Below, piece after piece: positions 36,965 to 46,151 of a DNA stretch of 54,809 nucleotides. The stretch spans positions 1 to 54,809 of the forward strand of contig CAYNZF010000001.1 of NCBI GenBank assembly GCA_964401615.1, read 5' to 3'. A model generated the notes under the pieces. That model saw only the letters and a program-made list of their open reading frames with translations. It did not search any database and was not told the DNA's origin. The stretch is from an uncultured Oscillospiraceae bacterium (GTDB lineage Bacteria > Bacillota > Clostridia > Saccharofermentanales > Fastidiosipilaceae). The first letter of the stretch is position 1; each line of letters opens with the position of its first letter. The position numbers and the translations under genes are program-made.

Positions 36965-37774
36965 CTAGATGTGCTTGTCCAGCCACTGCAGGATATCCGC
37001 GATGACTTCGGCTTTGCTCGGTTCATTCAAAATTTCGTGGAAGAGCTGTGAATAAATTCTCAGGCTCTTATCAGCAGAAGCAATTTCATCGAAAAGCTGC
37101 AGTGAGTCTTTGTAAGAAACCAAGCCGTCATTCGCTCCATGTAAAATCAAAACAGGGTCGAGGAACTTGGGGCCCTTGTCTTTCAGGAACGTGACCGCTG
37201 CAAAAATCTGGTTGATCAAACCGATGCTGATTTGTTTTTCTACCAGAGGATCCTTTACATACGCCGCGACCACCTCCGGATCACTGCATACCCCTTCCCC
37301 CAGCGCATTTTCCACATAATGGTCTGCCGGGGCCGGAATAGGGAAATCAGTGCCCATCAAGGGATGATTGTAGCGAGTCAAAGCTCCGGAGAGAATCAGC
37401 CCATCGGCTAGGCCGGGGTAAATCGTGCCGAACAGAGTGACGGTTTCACCCCCCATGCTGTGACCGAAAACGAAGACTTTTTTGCCCGGATTTTCTGCTT
37501 TGGCGAGAGAAAAAATGTTTTCACAGTCATCCGGCATTTCGTGGAAGTCAGCGAAAAACACTTTGGCGCCTTCAGACTTGCCGTGTCCGCGCTGATCGTA
37601 GCGATAGACACTGTAATCATTCTCATTCAATTGGCCGGCAAAATGATCATAGCGATTGAGGTGCTCACACAAGCCATGGGCGATGACGACAACCGCTTTG
37701 GGATCGTTCACCAGGTCCTTGCGCACGCGTAAACGTGTTCCATCATAAGAAGGGTGCATGCTTTCTTCGGTCAT
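36965..37774 (-). CDS. alpha/beta hydrolase (lysophospholipase / monoacylglycerol-lipase-like)
   Basis: Nucleophile elbow GHSMGG, HG oxyanion motif (IAHGL), 269 aa. Confidence 0.8.
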   Translation of the reverse strand: MTEESMHPSYDGTRLRVRKDLVNDPKAVVVIAHGLCEHLNRYDHFAGQLNENDYSVYRYDQRGHGKSEGAKVFFADFHEMPDDCENIFSLAKAENPGKKVFVFGHSMGGETVTLFGTIYPGLADGLILSGALTRYNHPLMGTDFPIPAPADHYVENALGEGVCSDPEVVAAYVKDPLVEKQISIGLINQIFAAVTFLKDKGPKFLDPVLILHGANDGLVSYKDSLQLFDEIASADKSLRIYSQLFHEILNEPSKAEVIADILQWLDKHI

Positions 37775-37883
37775 CTGGTGCCTCCTTTGCTCACATAGCC
37801 TGCCCTGTACAGGCCATGAATTATGGGTCCAACAACTTCTGATTTATTGTATCGCTAGTCCACGCTGCTTTGAATCACAAAAA

Positions 37884-38210
37884 TTACTTTTTCGAACGGG
37901 TCAGCCATACTTCGAGAATCGCTCCGTAAAGGACGCCTGCAAGAAAACTGACCGGATCAACAAACCCCGTTGAACTGTAAAACGCGAACGAGACCAGGAG
38001 ACCCAGAAGAGCTCCGCGCATGATGGCTTGAGCGCGGATGCTATCCGGCCAGGGTGCACCGACGACGAGCCCAATAATGACGCGATTGTACCAAAGTGAA
38101 AAAATGAAAATGGGGTCAGCGGAGGAACCGGAGCGTATATAGGCTCCCACCACACAGATGATTCCCAGCAAGGCGCCACCAATCAACGCTTCTGTAAGCC
38201 GTTTTTTCAT
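37884..38210 (-). CDS. small integral membrane protein, function unknown
   Basis: 108 aa, 3-4 TM helices, GGAGGAA RBS. Confidence 0.6.
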   Translation of the reverse strand: MKKRLTEALIGGALLGIICVVGAYIRSGSSADPIFIFSLWYNRVIIGLVVGAPWPDSIRAQAIMRGALLGLLVSFAFYSSTGFVDPVSFLAGVLYGAILEVWLTRSKK

Positions 38211-38333
38211 TTCGTTTCCTCCACGAGCAATCTCACATTTGTATTATTTGTGTTAATTATACGCCAAGAGTCATGATAATCCGCAAAACACAAAATTCGA
38301 GCCGTATCTCAAAAATTTTTCCACTGCCCGGAA

Positions 38334-38368
38334 CAAAAAAGCCACAGCAAGCCTCGCACGTGCTGTGA
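38334..38368 (-). terminator. intrinsic terminator after the pirin gene
   Basis: Minus strand: CACAGCA-11 nt-TGCTGTG followed by GCTTTTTT. Confidence 0.7.
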
Positions 38369-38407
38369 CTGTTTGGGTCCTTCAATGCTCTACCGGGAAA
38401 ATACTGC

Positions 38408-39253
38408 TTAGTTTTCGTAGTGAAGACTTTCTTTTAGGAAAGTGCCGTTACGCAGTTCGTCGAAGGCGTGCTCAAGTTCAGCTCGCGTGTTCATCACAAT
38501 TGGTCCACCCCAGGCCACCGGTTCCTCAAGGCGATCTGAGCTCATGAAAAGAAGCTCTGCTGCTGTATCCGTGGCAGCGATTTTAACCGTATCCCCATCA
38601 CTCATGCGCAGCGCGGTTTTTTCAGCTACAAATTCTCCAGCGACCTGAGCGTCACCTTCAAGAGTGAAAATTAGCACCATCTTCTTGGGCTCCGTTTTTA
38701 TTTCGATTTGACCACCTGCATCAAGCTTGATGTCATAATAGTCCAGGGGTAGATGTTTGGCTTGATATCCTTGATGTCCTTCGTACTGCCCGACCAGAAG
38801 TTTTAATTTTCCATTTTCCAAAGGGATTTCTTCAATGTCAGCTGCTTTGATAGCATGATAATCCGGACTGGCCATTTTATCTTCTTTACGCATATTCAGC
38901 CACAGCTGGACTCCGAGCATACGCTTGGACGCAGGCAGCTTTTCTTCATGCATGATGCCCGATCCTGCGGTCATCCACTGCACCTCTCCCGAGGTGACGG
39001 TGTCTTCGTTTCCGATACTGTCGCGGTGAGTCATCGCCCCTTCAGCGAGGAAACTGATGGTCTCGATACCACGATGCGGGTGCATGGGAAAGCCAGCGGT
39101 ATAATCGGCTGGGTTATGGCTGTCAAACGAGTCCAGCATGAGAAATGGGTCATAAGCCTCAACCGTGCCGTGACCCAAAACGCGGACCAGGTGCACTCCT
39201 GCTCCGTCGATTGCATTTTGGCCTCTGACTTGTTTTTGAATGCTTCTTTCCAT
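38408..39253 (-). CDS. pirin family protein (bicupin)
   Basis: 281 aa with the cupin metal motif HPHRGIETISF...E. Confidence 0.85.
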   Translation of the reverse strand: MERSIQKQVRGQNAIDGAGVHLVRVLGHGTVEAYDPFLMLDSFDSHNPADYTAGFPMHPHRGIETISFLAEGAMTHRDSIGNEDTVTSGEVQWMTAGSGIMHEEKLPASKRMLGVQLWLNMRKEDKMASPDYHAIKAADIEEIPLENGKLKLLVGQYEGHQGYQAKHLPLDYYDIKLDAGGQIEIKTEPKKMVLIFTLEGDAQVAGEFVAEKTALRMSDGDTVKIAATDTAAELLFMSSDRLEEPVAWGGPIVMNTRAELEHAFDELRNGTFLKESLHYEN

Positions 39254-39298
39254 GATCGGTCTCCTCTTGAAATTTTATTTTTCTTACTAATTAGTGAT

Positions 39299-39327
39299 AT
39301 TTTACATCCTGCAGCTCTTTGCGTCAA
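39299..39327 (-). promoter_or_regulatory. candidate promoter of the pirin gene
   Basis: Minus strand: TTGACG (39327-39322), 17-nt spacer, TAAAAT (39304-39299). Confidence 0.55.
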
Positions 39328-39836
39328 CTTGACTTGCCTTGATGAAAAAACAGGAGGGCATCCTCAACAAACTGCCGCCTGTCTTTGATGCTTCGTAAAA
39401 TGATGGTATGCCGCTGCCCGTTTCGAGTGCTAATCTGCAATTCCGGCTCTTTCAGAGTAAGACCCGAGCGGTTGCTGCGCTTTTCGACCATTGCCTCCGC
39501 GAGCGAGTCGATTTCCTTCCACGCATAGTTGAAGGCTTGTCCACTGAACGGACGAAACACAAAACGTTCCGCGTCAAGGATGATAATGGGTTGCTTGATA
39601 CCCGCCCCCTTGAGACTCGCCAGAGCGACAAAGCCGGCCAAGGCCACCAATAGCGTCAAGGCAAGTGCAGCGAGCACACTTGGCTGAGGTCCGGTCTGAT
39701 TCAAATAGATCATCAGCATGAAGAGCAAGGCCAGAGCCAAAGCAATCAGGCCGCGCAAAGTCATGCCTCGTGTGTTGATGAAATATTCCTTTTTTCCCGT
39801 ATCGAGGGGCACGGGACTTGCTTTACTCAGGTTCAT
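39324..39836 (-). CDS. membrane protein with two TM helices and a soluble C-terminal domain, function unknown
   Basis: 170 aa, directly downstream of the CBS-pyrophosphatase gene on the same strand. Confidence 0.55.
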   Translation of the reverse strand: MNLSKASPVPLDTGKKEYFINTRGMTLRGLIALALALLFMLMIYLNQTGPQPSVLAALALTLLVALAGFVALASLKGAGIKQPIIILDAERFVFRPFSGQAFNYAWKEIDSLAEAMVEKRSNRSGLTLKEPELQISTRNGQRHTIILRSIKDRRQFVEDALLFFHQGKSS

Positions 39837-39857
39837 CTCGTCCTTTCACTCCTCAAC

Positions 39858-41483
39858 TCAGACAAAAGCTTCTCCCAGAGCAGGAATCAGCTGTTTTTTT
39901 CTGCTCATGACGTTCGGCAGGAAAAAATGTCCGGACTCATCAGACAACTCAACATTGAAGGCTTCTCCAAGTTCTTTCAGGTGTGAGCCGGCGTAATAAA
40001 GCCAGGTTCCCTCGTTTTTGATGTCCGTCGCCATAAAGAGCAGAAGGTCGAAACGCTGCTTGGGAATAATGTCCAGCATTGTTTCGCTCATACGGGCCAG
40101 AATCGGTTCGAGTTCTGAAAAATTCATGACAGAAACCTGACTGACCCCCACCTTGACCTCACCGAAGTAAAACTCCTTGAAATCAGCGAAGAGGAGTTCC
40201 TCCGGATTATCTGACTTCAACTGATGCGAAAGTGAAAACATTTCCGCACCTAATGCGTTGGCATCCTCACCGGCTAGTTCTGCCAGCCACTGTGCGATGT
40301 CGATGTCCTGCCGTGTACAAGTCGGGGATTTGAACTGCACCGTATCCGAAAGGATGGCGCAGCACATCATGCCCGCGGTTCTGGGCGTCGGCTCAAGTCC
40401 GCTTTCCCGGAACATTTTGGCAATGATGGTCGAGGTGCAGCCCACCGTTTCATTGCGGAACAAGATCGGCCCCGTGGTCTGAATATCACCCAGACGGTGG
40501 TGATCGATAATTCCTTTGACTTCCGCTTGATCAAGGCCTCGAACCGCTTGTGAGCGTTCGTTGTGGTCGACCAGGATGACTTTCTTACGCTGCGGCTGCA
40601 GCAAGTGATAACGCGCGACCATGCCCAGTACGTTTCCGTGATTATCCAGGACAGGATAAGAGCGATAGCGAGAGCTGAGCATATCTTGTTTGACATCGTC
40701 CAGTGCGTCATTTTCATGGAAACTGATCATTTTCGAACTCAAGAGCACATCTTTGACCGGAATGCTGAGCATCGCTTTGGTCAGCGCAGTGTACGGGTCG
40801 AGGGGGGTCGTGATGAGCAGCATACCCTCTTCTTGAAAACGCCTCTCCCATTTCAATCTCAACAAATCTCCTTCTTCGTCGGAGATATAGCACATGACAA
40901 AACCCATTGCTTTAGCCTTGACCGCGCGTGAAATTTGCTCTTCGACCAGAATCTCCGCGAATACCAGCGCGTTTTCTTGAATGGGTTGAGCCGACCGACC
41001 CGACCAGGCGAAGGGAATTTGTAATACTTCCGGCATCACCCCGCTGCAGCGCCCATTGATCGCTTGCAGCAGCAGTCTGCCGTTGATGGGACGCGGCTGT
41101 GAAATATCGTTTGTGTAAAGCAGACTTGCAAAAGCGCCCGCAGACAAAACCCCAGTCAGCTTTCCTTCGCTGTCCAGTACCGGTTTGGACTGATTACCGG
41201 AGGCATCAACTTCTTCCCAGGCTTGCCACAGCGGCATATCCGACTGCAGGGGCTTGACTTTATCGTAGTCAAGATCGCGGAGCTGTACACGCACATCGCG
41301 AATTTCGGGCGGCACTTCGGTCTTAAAGCGGCGCAGAATCCACGTGGTTTCCGGGTTCAGCGGACCACCTCTTACGGCCAGAACATGCGCTCCCTGACGA
41401 GTAAACAGCTCCTCAGCGGCCAGCGCGGAAACCACAGAATCCGTGTCGGGATGTAGATGTCCACATATAAATGTTACTGCCAT
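39858..41483 (-). CDS. family II (DHH) inorganic pyrophosphatase with an inserted CBS-domain regulatory module
   Basis: 541 aa. N-terminal GHLHPDTDS (DHH motif I), DHNE and DHH motifs, a central insert of about 250 aa, and a C-terminal DHHA2 region. Confidence 0.8.
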   Translation of the reverse strand: MAVTFICGHLHPDTDSVVSALAAEELFTRQGAHVLAVRGGPLNPETTWILRRFKTEVPPEIRDVRVQLRDLDYDKVKPLQSDMPLWQAWEEVDASGNQSKPVLDSEGKLTGVLSAGAFASLLYTNDISQPRPINGRLLLQAINGRCSGVMPEVLQIPFAWSGRSAQPIQENALVFAEILVEEQISRAVKAKAMGFVMCYISDEEGDLLRLKWERRFQEEGMLLITTPLDPYTALTKAMLSIPVKDVLLSSKMISFHENDALDDVKQDMLSSRYRSYPVLDNHGNVLGMVARYHLLQPQRKKVILVDHNERSQAVRGLDQAEVKGIIDHHRLGDIQTTGPILFRNETVGCTSTIIAKMFRESGLEPTPRTAGMMCCAILSDTVQFKSPTCTRQDIDIAQWLAELAGEDANALGAEMFSLSHQLKSDNPEELLFADFKEFYFGEVKVGVSQVSVMNFSELEPILARMSETMLDIIPKQRFDLLLFMATDIKNEGTWLYYAGSHLKELGEAFNVELSDESGHFFLPNVMSRKKQLIPALGEAFV

Positions 41484-41646
41484 GGTATGCTCCTTTTGTT
41501 GTCAACCTTGATAAATCAATCACAAGTGACTCCCGCTGTATCTTTATTGCTTCTTATTATGGCAAAACTCGACAACTTTTCATATACTTACACCATTGAA
41601 TAATAATCGTCGCATAGATGATTTATGCTATAGAAAGAGGCTTGAA

Positions 41647-42960
41647 ATGCAAATCAACAGCGAAAAAGAGTTCATGATCAAACTATTATCGGAGCAGGTC
41701 AGTATCCCCAGCGTAAAAGCTGAAGCGTCAGCGGGTGCGCCTTTCGGGGTCAAAACGCTTGAGGCACTGGAGCATTTTTTGGCTCAGGCGGAAGCGGATG
41801 GTTTTCGCACAAGGCGCTACGACGGTTACGCCGGCGTCATTGAATTCGGACCGGAGGACAAAGCCGGTATCGCGGGGATCTGCCATCTCGATGTCGTCCC
41901 GGAGGGTGAGTGGACGGACGCATTTTCACCCAGGCTTGAAAATGGTCGCTTGATTGCGCGCGGCAGCAGTGATGACAAGGGTCCGGCCGTGGCGGTTTAT
42001 CTGGCCATGAAGCGCCTAAAAGACTCAGCGTACGAGACCAATTTTAAAATCCAGCTTATTTTGGGGCTGGATGAAGAATCCGGTTCAATGTGCATGAAAC
42101 ACTACCGCGAACGGGCTGAATTACCTGTCGCTGCTTTTACGGCAGATGCTGATTTCCCGGTCATTCACGCTGAAAAGGGCATGTTGGCGTTCAGAATCAA
42201 ATTCTCAGAAAAGCAAGGAGAGCGTGGAGCCCTGCGGCTCATCGCAGCTAAAGCCGGCAGCCGATCGAATGTGATTCCCGGAAAATGTGACCTCACTTGG
42301 CAGGATGCCTCCGGTGAGTATACAGAAAATGTGGCAGGTATCATGGGACATGCCTCAATGCCTGAGTTAGCGAAAAATGCAATATCACTTGCCATGGACC
42401 AGGCCGCGCATAAACTCGCGGCAGCCTCCTCTGTCAATACTTTCGTTGAATTTTATAACAGGCTGATCGGCCTATCCTACTCCGGCGAGGGCATGGGTAT
42501 CAAAGGCAGCGATGAGGTGTCCGGAGCGCTCACCTTCAACACCGGTGTCCTCGACTTTGATGGGCAGCAGGCGACTTTAGTCTGCGACGTGCGCTATCCT
42601 GTTACACACGACGGACAAGTCATCATTGATCAAATCACTGAAGCAGTTCGCTCAGCCGGGGGTCAGTTTGAGCTCTTGTCGAACTCACCTCCCCTCTACT
42701 TCCCCAAAGACCACCCCCTGGTTTCCAGTCTCGAAGGCGTTTATCAACGTCTTTCAGGTGCCAAAGACGAGGCACTGGCCATTGGCGGAGGCACATATGC
42801 GCGCAGTATTCCCAACACCTTGGCTTTCGGACCGGGCTTTCCGGGTGATGAATCACTCGCCCATCAAAACGGTGAGTATGTGGAAATCGACAAGCTTTAT
42901 GATAGTATCCGCTACTACGAAGAGGCTTTTAAAGCACTCGACAAGGCTTTTGCGAAGTAA
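41647..42960 (+). CDS. pepV: M20-family dipeptidase (PepV/Sapep-like)
   Basis: HLDVVPEG and GRGSSDDKGP metal-site motifs. AAGAGG RBS before ATG 41647. The ORF-track start 41596 is a TTG without an RBS. Confidence 0.8.
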   Translation: MQINSEKEFMIKLLSEQVSIPSVKAEASAGAPFGVKTLEALEHFLAQAEADGFRTRRYDGYAGVIEFGPEDKAGIAGICHLDVVPEGEWTDAFSPRLENGRLIARGSSDDKGPAVAVYLAMKRLKDSAYETNFKIQLILGLDEESGSMCMKHYRERAELPVAAFTADADFPVIHAEKGMLAFRIKFSEKQGERGALRLIAAKAGSRSNVIPGKCDLTWQDASGEYTENVAGIMGHASMPELAKNAISLAMDQAAHKLAAASSVNTFVEFYNRLIGLSYSGEGMGIKGSDEVSGALTFNTGVLDFDGQQATLVCDVRYPVTHDGQVIIDQITEAVRSAGGQFELLSNSPPLYFPKDHPLVSSLEGVYQRLSGAKDEALAIGGGTYARSIPNTLAFGPGFPGDESLAHQNGEYVEIDKLYDSIRYYEEAFKALDKAFAK

Positions 42961-43011
42961 TTCACTATAGAAAACCAGCGTTTACCAAACACATCCCACA
43001 GATTGCAGTCT

Positions 43012-43060
43012 GAAAACAAAAACAAGAGGACAATTGCCGGTTAAGCCATTGTCCTCTTGT
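43012..43060 (-). terminator. intrinsic terminator (13-bp stem) downstream of the 80-aa gene, possibly bidirectional for pepV
   Basis: ACAAGAGGACAAT (43022-43034) pairs with ATTGTCCTCTTGT (43048-43060). On the minus strand it is followed by TTTTGTTTT. Confidence 0.75.
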
Positions 43061-43095
43061 CTATGTAATCAACCTTGTTTCAGGAGAATCTTGTT

Positions 43096-43338
43096 TTATT
43101 TATCGGAACGATATTGCATCATGAACTCCAACACTCTCGCGCGGTCTTCAGGATCTTCACATTCAATCTCAATTTCTTTCGCTTCAGCAACAGACAGGAT
43201 CGCTGAAAAACCAACAAGAGCGGACAGCATGGAGTTTGTAACCAAACGGTCTCCATCTTCTGTAACCAGTGTAACAACACCCTTGCAGCTGGAAATCAAC
43301 TTTTGAAAAGCTTCCACATCAACATTAAATAATTTCAT
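43096..43338 (-). CDS. small acidic hypothetical protein
   Basis: 80 aa. GGAGG RBS 9 nt upstream. No motif I can name. Confidence 0.55.
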   Translation of the reverse strand: MKLFNVDVEAFQKLISSCKGVVTLVTEDGDRLVTNSMLSALVGFSAILSVAEAKEIEIECEDPEDRARVLEFMMQYRSDK

Positions 43339-43624
43339 CTTATAATACCTCCAGTATTATGGATCGGTCTTCTTCATCGCAGTGAATCCTTTTGGCACTA
43401 CGTGACCGTGTATTTGTTCCTTAGAATTCATCGTTAGTATATCAGCGTTTTTGACTGATGAAAATATCCCGATTCAAACTCCGTACCACTGCACAAGTTT
43501 TACCTTGAAAGAGGTTTTCTATTGACTAATTTCACAAATATATTATACATTATTGTGCAACATGCAGTAATCGAACCTTGTATATCAAATAGGATTCGCA
43601 TGATTTTTCGTTGAAGAGAACCAC

Positions 43625-45364
43625 TTAGCTCTGGTATTTTCTGATGATTTTTTTTGAAGTGGTTTTTTCAAATTCACTGTCCCGCAGCGTAAATTGTTTG
43701 ATTTTCTTATAAGGAACCAGCTGTGTATTCACCTCTTTGACCACCGCTTCGATCTGAGCGCGTAAGTCCTCCCCTTCGGGCATGGAACCGCCTTGCAGCG
43801 CTCGCAGGGCTTCCTCGTTCGGGAAGATTTCTGCACAGATGTCGTAATCACCGCTATCTGTCAGCACACCGGTGACGAGCGCTTCACTGATCAAATCACT
43901 GCGGCAGAGTGCGAATTCCAGTTCTTCCGGATAGATGTTTTTACCGTTTTTAGTTACGATCACGTTCTTTTTTCGCCCACTGATGATCACAAAACCGTCT
44001 TCATCCAGATACCCTAAATCACCCGTATGAAAATAGCCGCCCTCCAGGGCCGCCGCAGTCGCTGCGGGTTCATTCCAATAACCCAGCATGATGTTGGGCC
44101 CTTTGCCAACGATCTCACCGATCCCATACTCGTCAGGATCAATAATTTTTACATCCACCCCCGGCAAAGGCAAGCCGGCCGAGTTGTTCTTTCTCGCCTC
44201 GAGACGATTCAAAGCGAGAATGGGACCGCACTCAGTGAGGCCGTAACCTTGCAGCGCGACAAAACCGAAATGGTCAAAGTCTTCCAGTACCTGCGGATCG
44301 ATCGCCGCGCCTCCGGCAATCAAGAGCCTCAATTTCCCCCCGAAGTTCTGATGGATCTTATCAAACACAGTTCTGTTGGGACGAATTCCTACCTTTCCTA
44401 AAGTGCTGCAGAGCTTGATCATCCGCATGACCAGTTTTTCCTGCTTGGGATCCGCTTTGATATTTTTCCAGATACCGCGCATGAAAGCCTCCAGCATGAG
44501 CGGCACCGTCAAAATGACACTGCACTGAGACTCTTTTAAATTTTTAACGATGTAGCGCAAGCCTTCACATACCGCAATCGTGGAACCACGGTAGACCGGG
44601 CAGAGAAAGCCGCAGGTGCATTCGTAGGTATGGTGCAAGGGTAAAACCGACAAGAACACGTCGTCCACTTTGATATCGATCATCTGACACATGGCCATGA
44701 GATTCGCGCATATGCTGCGGTGGCAGTGCATGACGGGTTTGGCCACTGAGGTCGTACCGGATGTGAATAATAGAATTCGCATCTCCTCGGGGTCAATTGG
44801 ATGGTTCGCCATTGAAGTGTCGCCCGTCTCCAATACAGCTTGTCCTTCTTTTCTTAAGTCGTCGAATGAAATGACGCTTTGACCTTTCGCCAGGCTGATA
44901 TTTTCAGGGACCGCATCATAAGCGACCAGAAGCTGCCGCTTGGGTAAATTTTGAGCGGCGCCTATGATGGTTTTCTCGAATGTGCTCGCGTAAAAAACGC
45001 AGGAAACTTCGGCAACCTTCAGCATATGCTCCAGCTCATGAGCAGGCAGTTCTTTATCAAGCGGGACCACGACCGCTTCACCGTTCACAACGGACAGGTA
45101 GCTCACATACCATTCGTAGCGCGTTTCAGCGACGATCGCGATGCGTGCATCCTTTTTAAAGCCGCGCTGCAGCAAAGCGGTTCCGACAGCTTCGACATCC
45201 GCACCGTAGCGCATAAAGCTTACCGGGACGTAGGCTTCGCCCTTGACCGGCTTCGTCATGAAAGCGGTCTTTTCTCCGTGAAGTTCAACCGAACCTTTCA
45301 ACATTTCACGCAGGTCCTTGATTTTTCTCACTTCGATCAAAGGGCTGTTTAGATTGACGGGCAT
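43625..45364 (-). CDS. AMP-forming acyl-CoA synthetase (long-chain fatty-acid-CoA-ligase-like)
   Basis: AMP-binding motif LFTSGTTSVAKPV, plus TGDLG and GRKKN motifs. Confidence 0.85.
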   Translation of the reverse strand: MPVNLNSPLIEVRKIKDLREMLKGSVELHGEKTAFMTKPVKGEAYVPVSFMRYGADVEAVGTALLQRGFKKDARIAIVAETRYEWYVSYLSVVNGEAVVVPLDKELPAHELEHMLKVAEVSCVFYASTFEKTIIGAAQNLPKRQLLVAYDAVPENISLAKGQSVISFDDLRKEGQAVLETGDTSMANHPIDPEEMRILLFTSGTTSVAKPVMHCHRSICANLMAMCQMIDIKVDDVFLSVLPLHHTYECTCGFLCPVYRGSTIAVCEGLRYIVKNLKESQCSVILTVPLMLEAFMRGIWKNIKADPKQEKLVMRMIKLCSTLGKVGIRPNRTVFDKIHQNFGGKLRLLIAGGAAIDPQVLEDFDHFGFVALQGYGLTECGPILALNRLEARKNNSAGLPLPGVDVKIIDPDEYGIGEIVGKGPNIMLGYWNEPAATAAALEGGYFHTGDLGYLDEDGFVIISGRKKNVIVTKNGKNIYPEELEFALCRSDLISEALVTGVLTDSGDYDICAEIFPNEEALRALQGGSMPEGEDLRAQIEAVVKEVNTQLVPYKKIKQFTLRDSEFEKTTSKKIIRKYQS

Positions 45365-45485
45365 GGAATACCTCCTATGGGCATATGATTCTCACTTCGC
45401 TGAGCGATTTCACTCAGGCAAAAGTGGAAAGGCCGTTTTTCGTGTATTACTTCTCAGGTCTGAGCCAAAACAAATGAGCAGCGGC

Positions 45486-46136
45486 TCAGAGCCAGGGATT
45501 GTGACGTATTTCCCAGGGAATTGTGGTCGCGGGACCATGTCCCGGGTAAACCGGGAGCTCCGGGGGCCAGGACGCGGCAGCAGTAAGAAGCTTTTTCAAG
45601 CTTTTCTGCAATACTTGCCCGTCGCCCGTCGCCAGATCGCTGCGACCCACGGAGCCTCTGAATAAGGTGTCTCCGGAGAAAAGCAGGAGCGGCTCAGTCA
45701 GATCTGTTTGGCTGAGGAGAAAACAACTGCCGCCTCTGGTGTGCCCCGGAGTATAAATGATTTTGAAATAGTAGCCGTCACCCAAGTCGATGCTTTGACC
45801 ATCAATGAAGGTAAGCTCAGCGGCTTGATAATCGTGCGGATGGGCCGTCATAAAAGAAGCGTTCAACGCATGATCGGTCAGCAGTTTTTGATCCGCTTCA
45901 TGGATGCTCAGCCGGCAGGAGAACTTTTCCCGCCATTTATCCACGGCCATGACATGATCAAAGTGACCATGTGTGGCCAAAAGCTGAATTTTAGCCGCCT
46001 GCTTGATGGCCTGATGCGTGAACAGTTCCTGAGAAGGATCAATCACGATCGAGGAGGAGGGCAATTCCAATATATAGCTGTTGGCTGAAAAGCCGCGTTC
46101 CGGGCTGATGTGCAGAATGTCTTCCACTCGCTTCAT
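45486..46136 (-). CDS. MBL-fold metallo-hydrolase (glyoxalase II-like)
   Basis: THGHFDH metal motif, 216 aa. Confidence 0.8.
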   Translation of the reverse strand: MKRVEDILHISPERGFSANSYILELPSSSIVIDPSQELFTHQAIKQAAKIQLLATHGHFDHVMAVDKWREKFSCRLSIHEADQKLLTDHALNASFMTAHPHDYQAAELTFIDGQSIDLGDGYYFKIIYTPGHTRGGSCFLLSQTDLTEPLLLFSGDTLFRGSVGRSDLATGDGQVLQKSLKKLLTAAASWPPELPVYPGHGPATTIPWEIRHNPWL

Positions 46137-46151
46137 GAACTACTCCGTTGT

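Noticed and set aside
36817-37026. 69-aa minus-strand ORF
   Set aside because: It overlaps the 3' end of the hydrolase gene in another frame and has no RBS.
38855-39388. 177-aa plus-strand ORF opposite the pirin gene
   Set aside because: It is a shadow ORF with no RBS, and pirin motifs are on the other strand.
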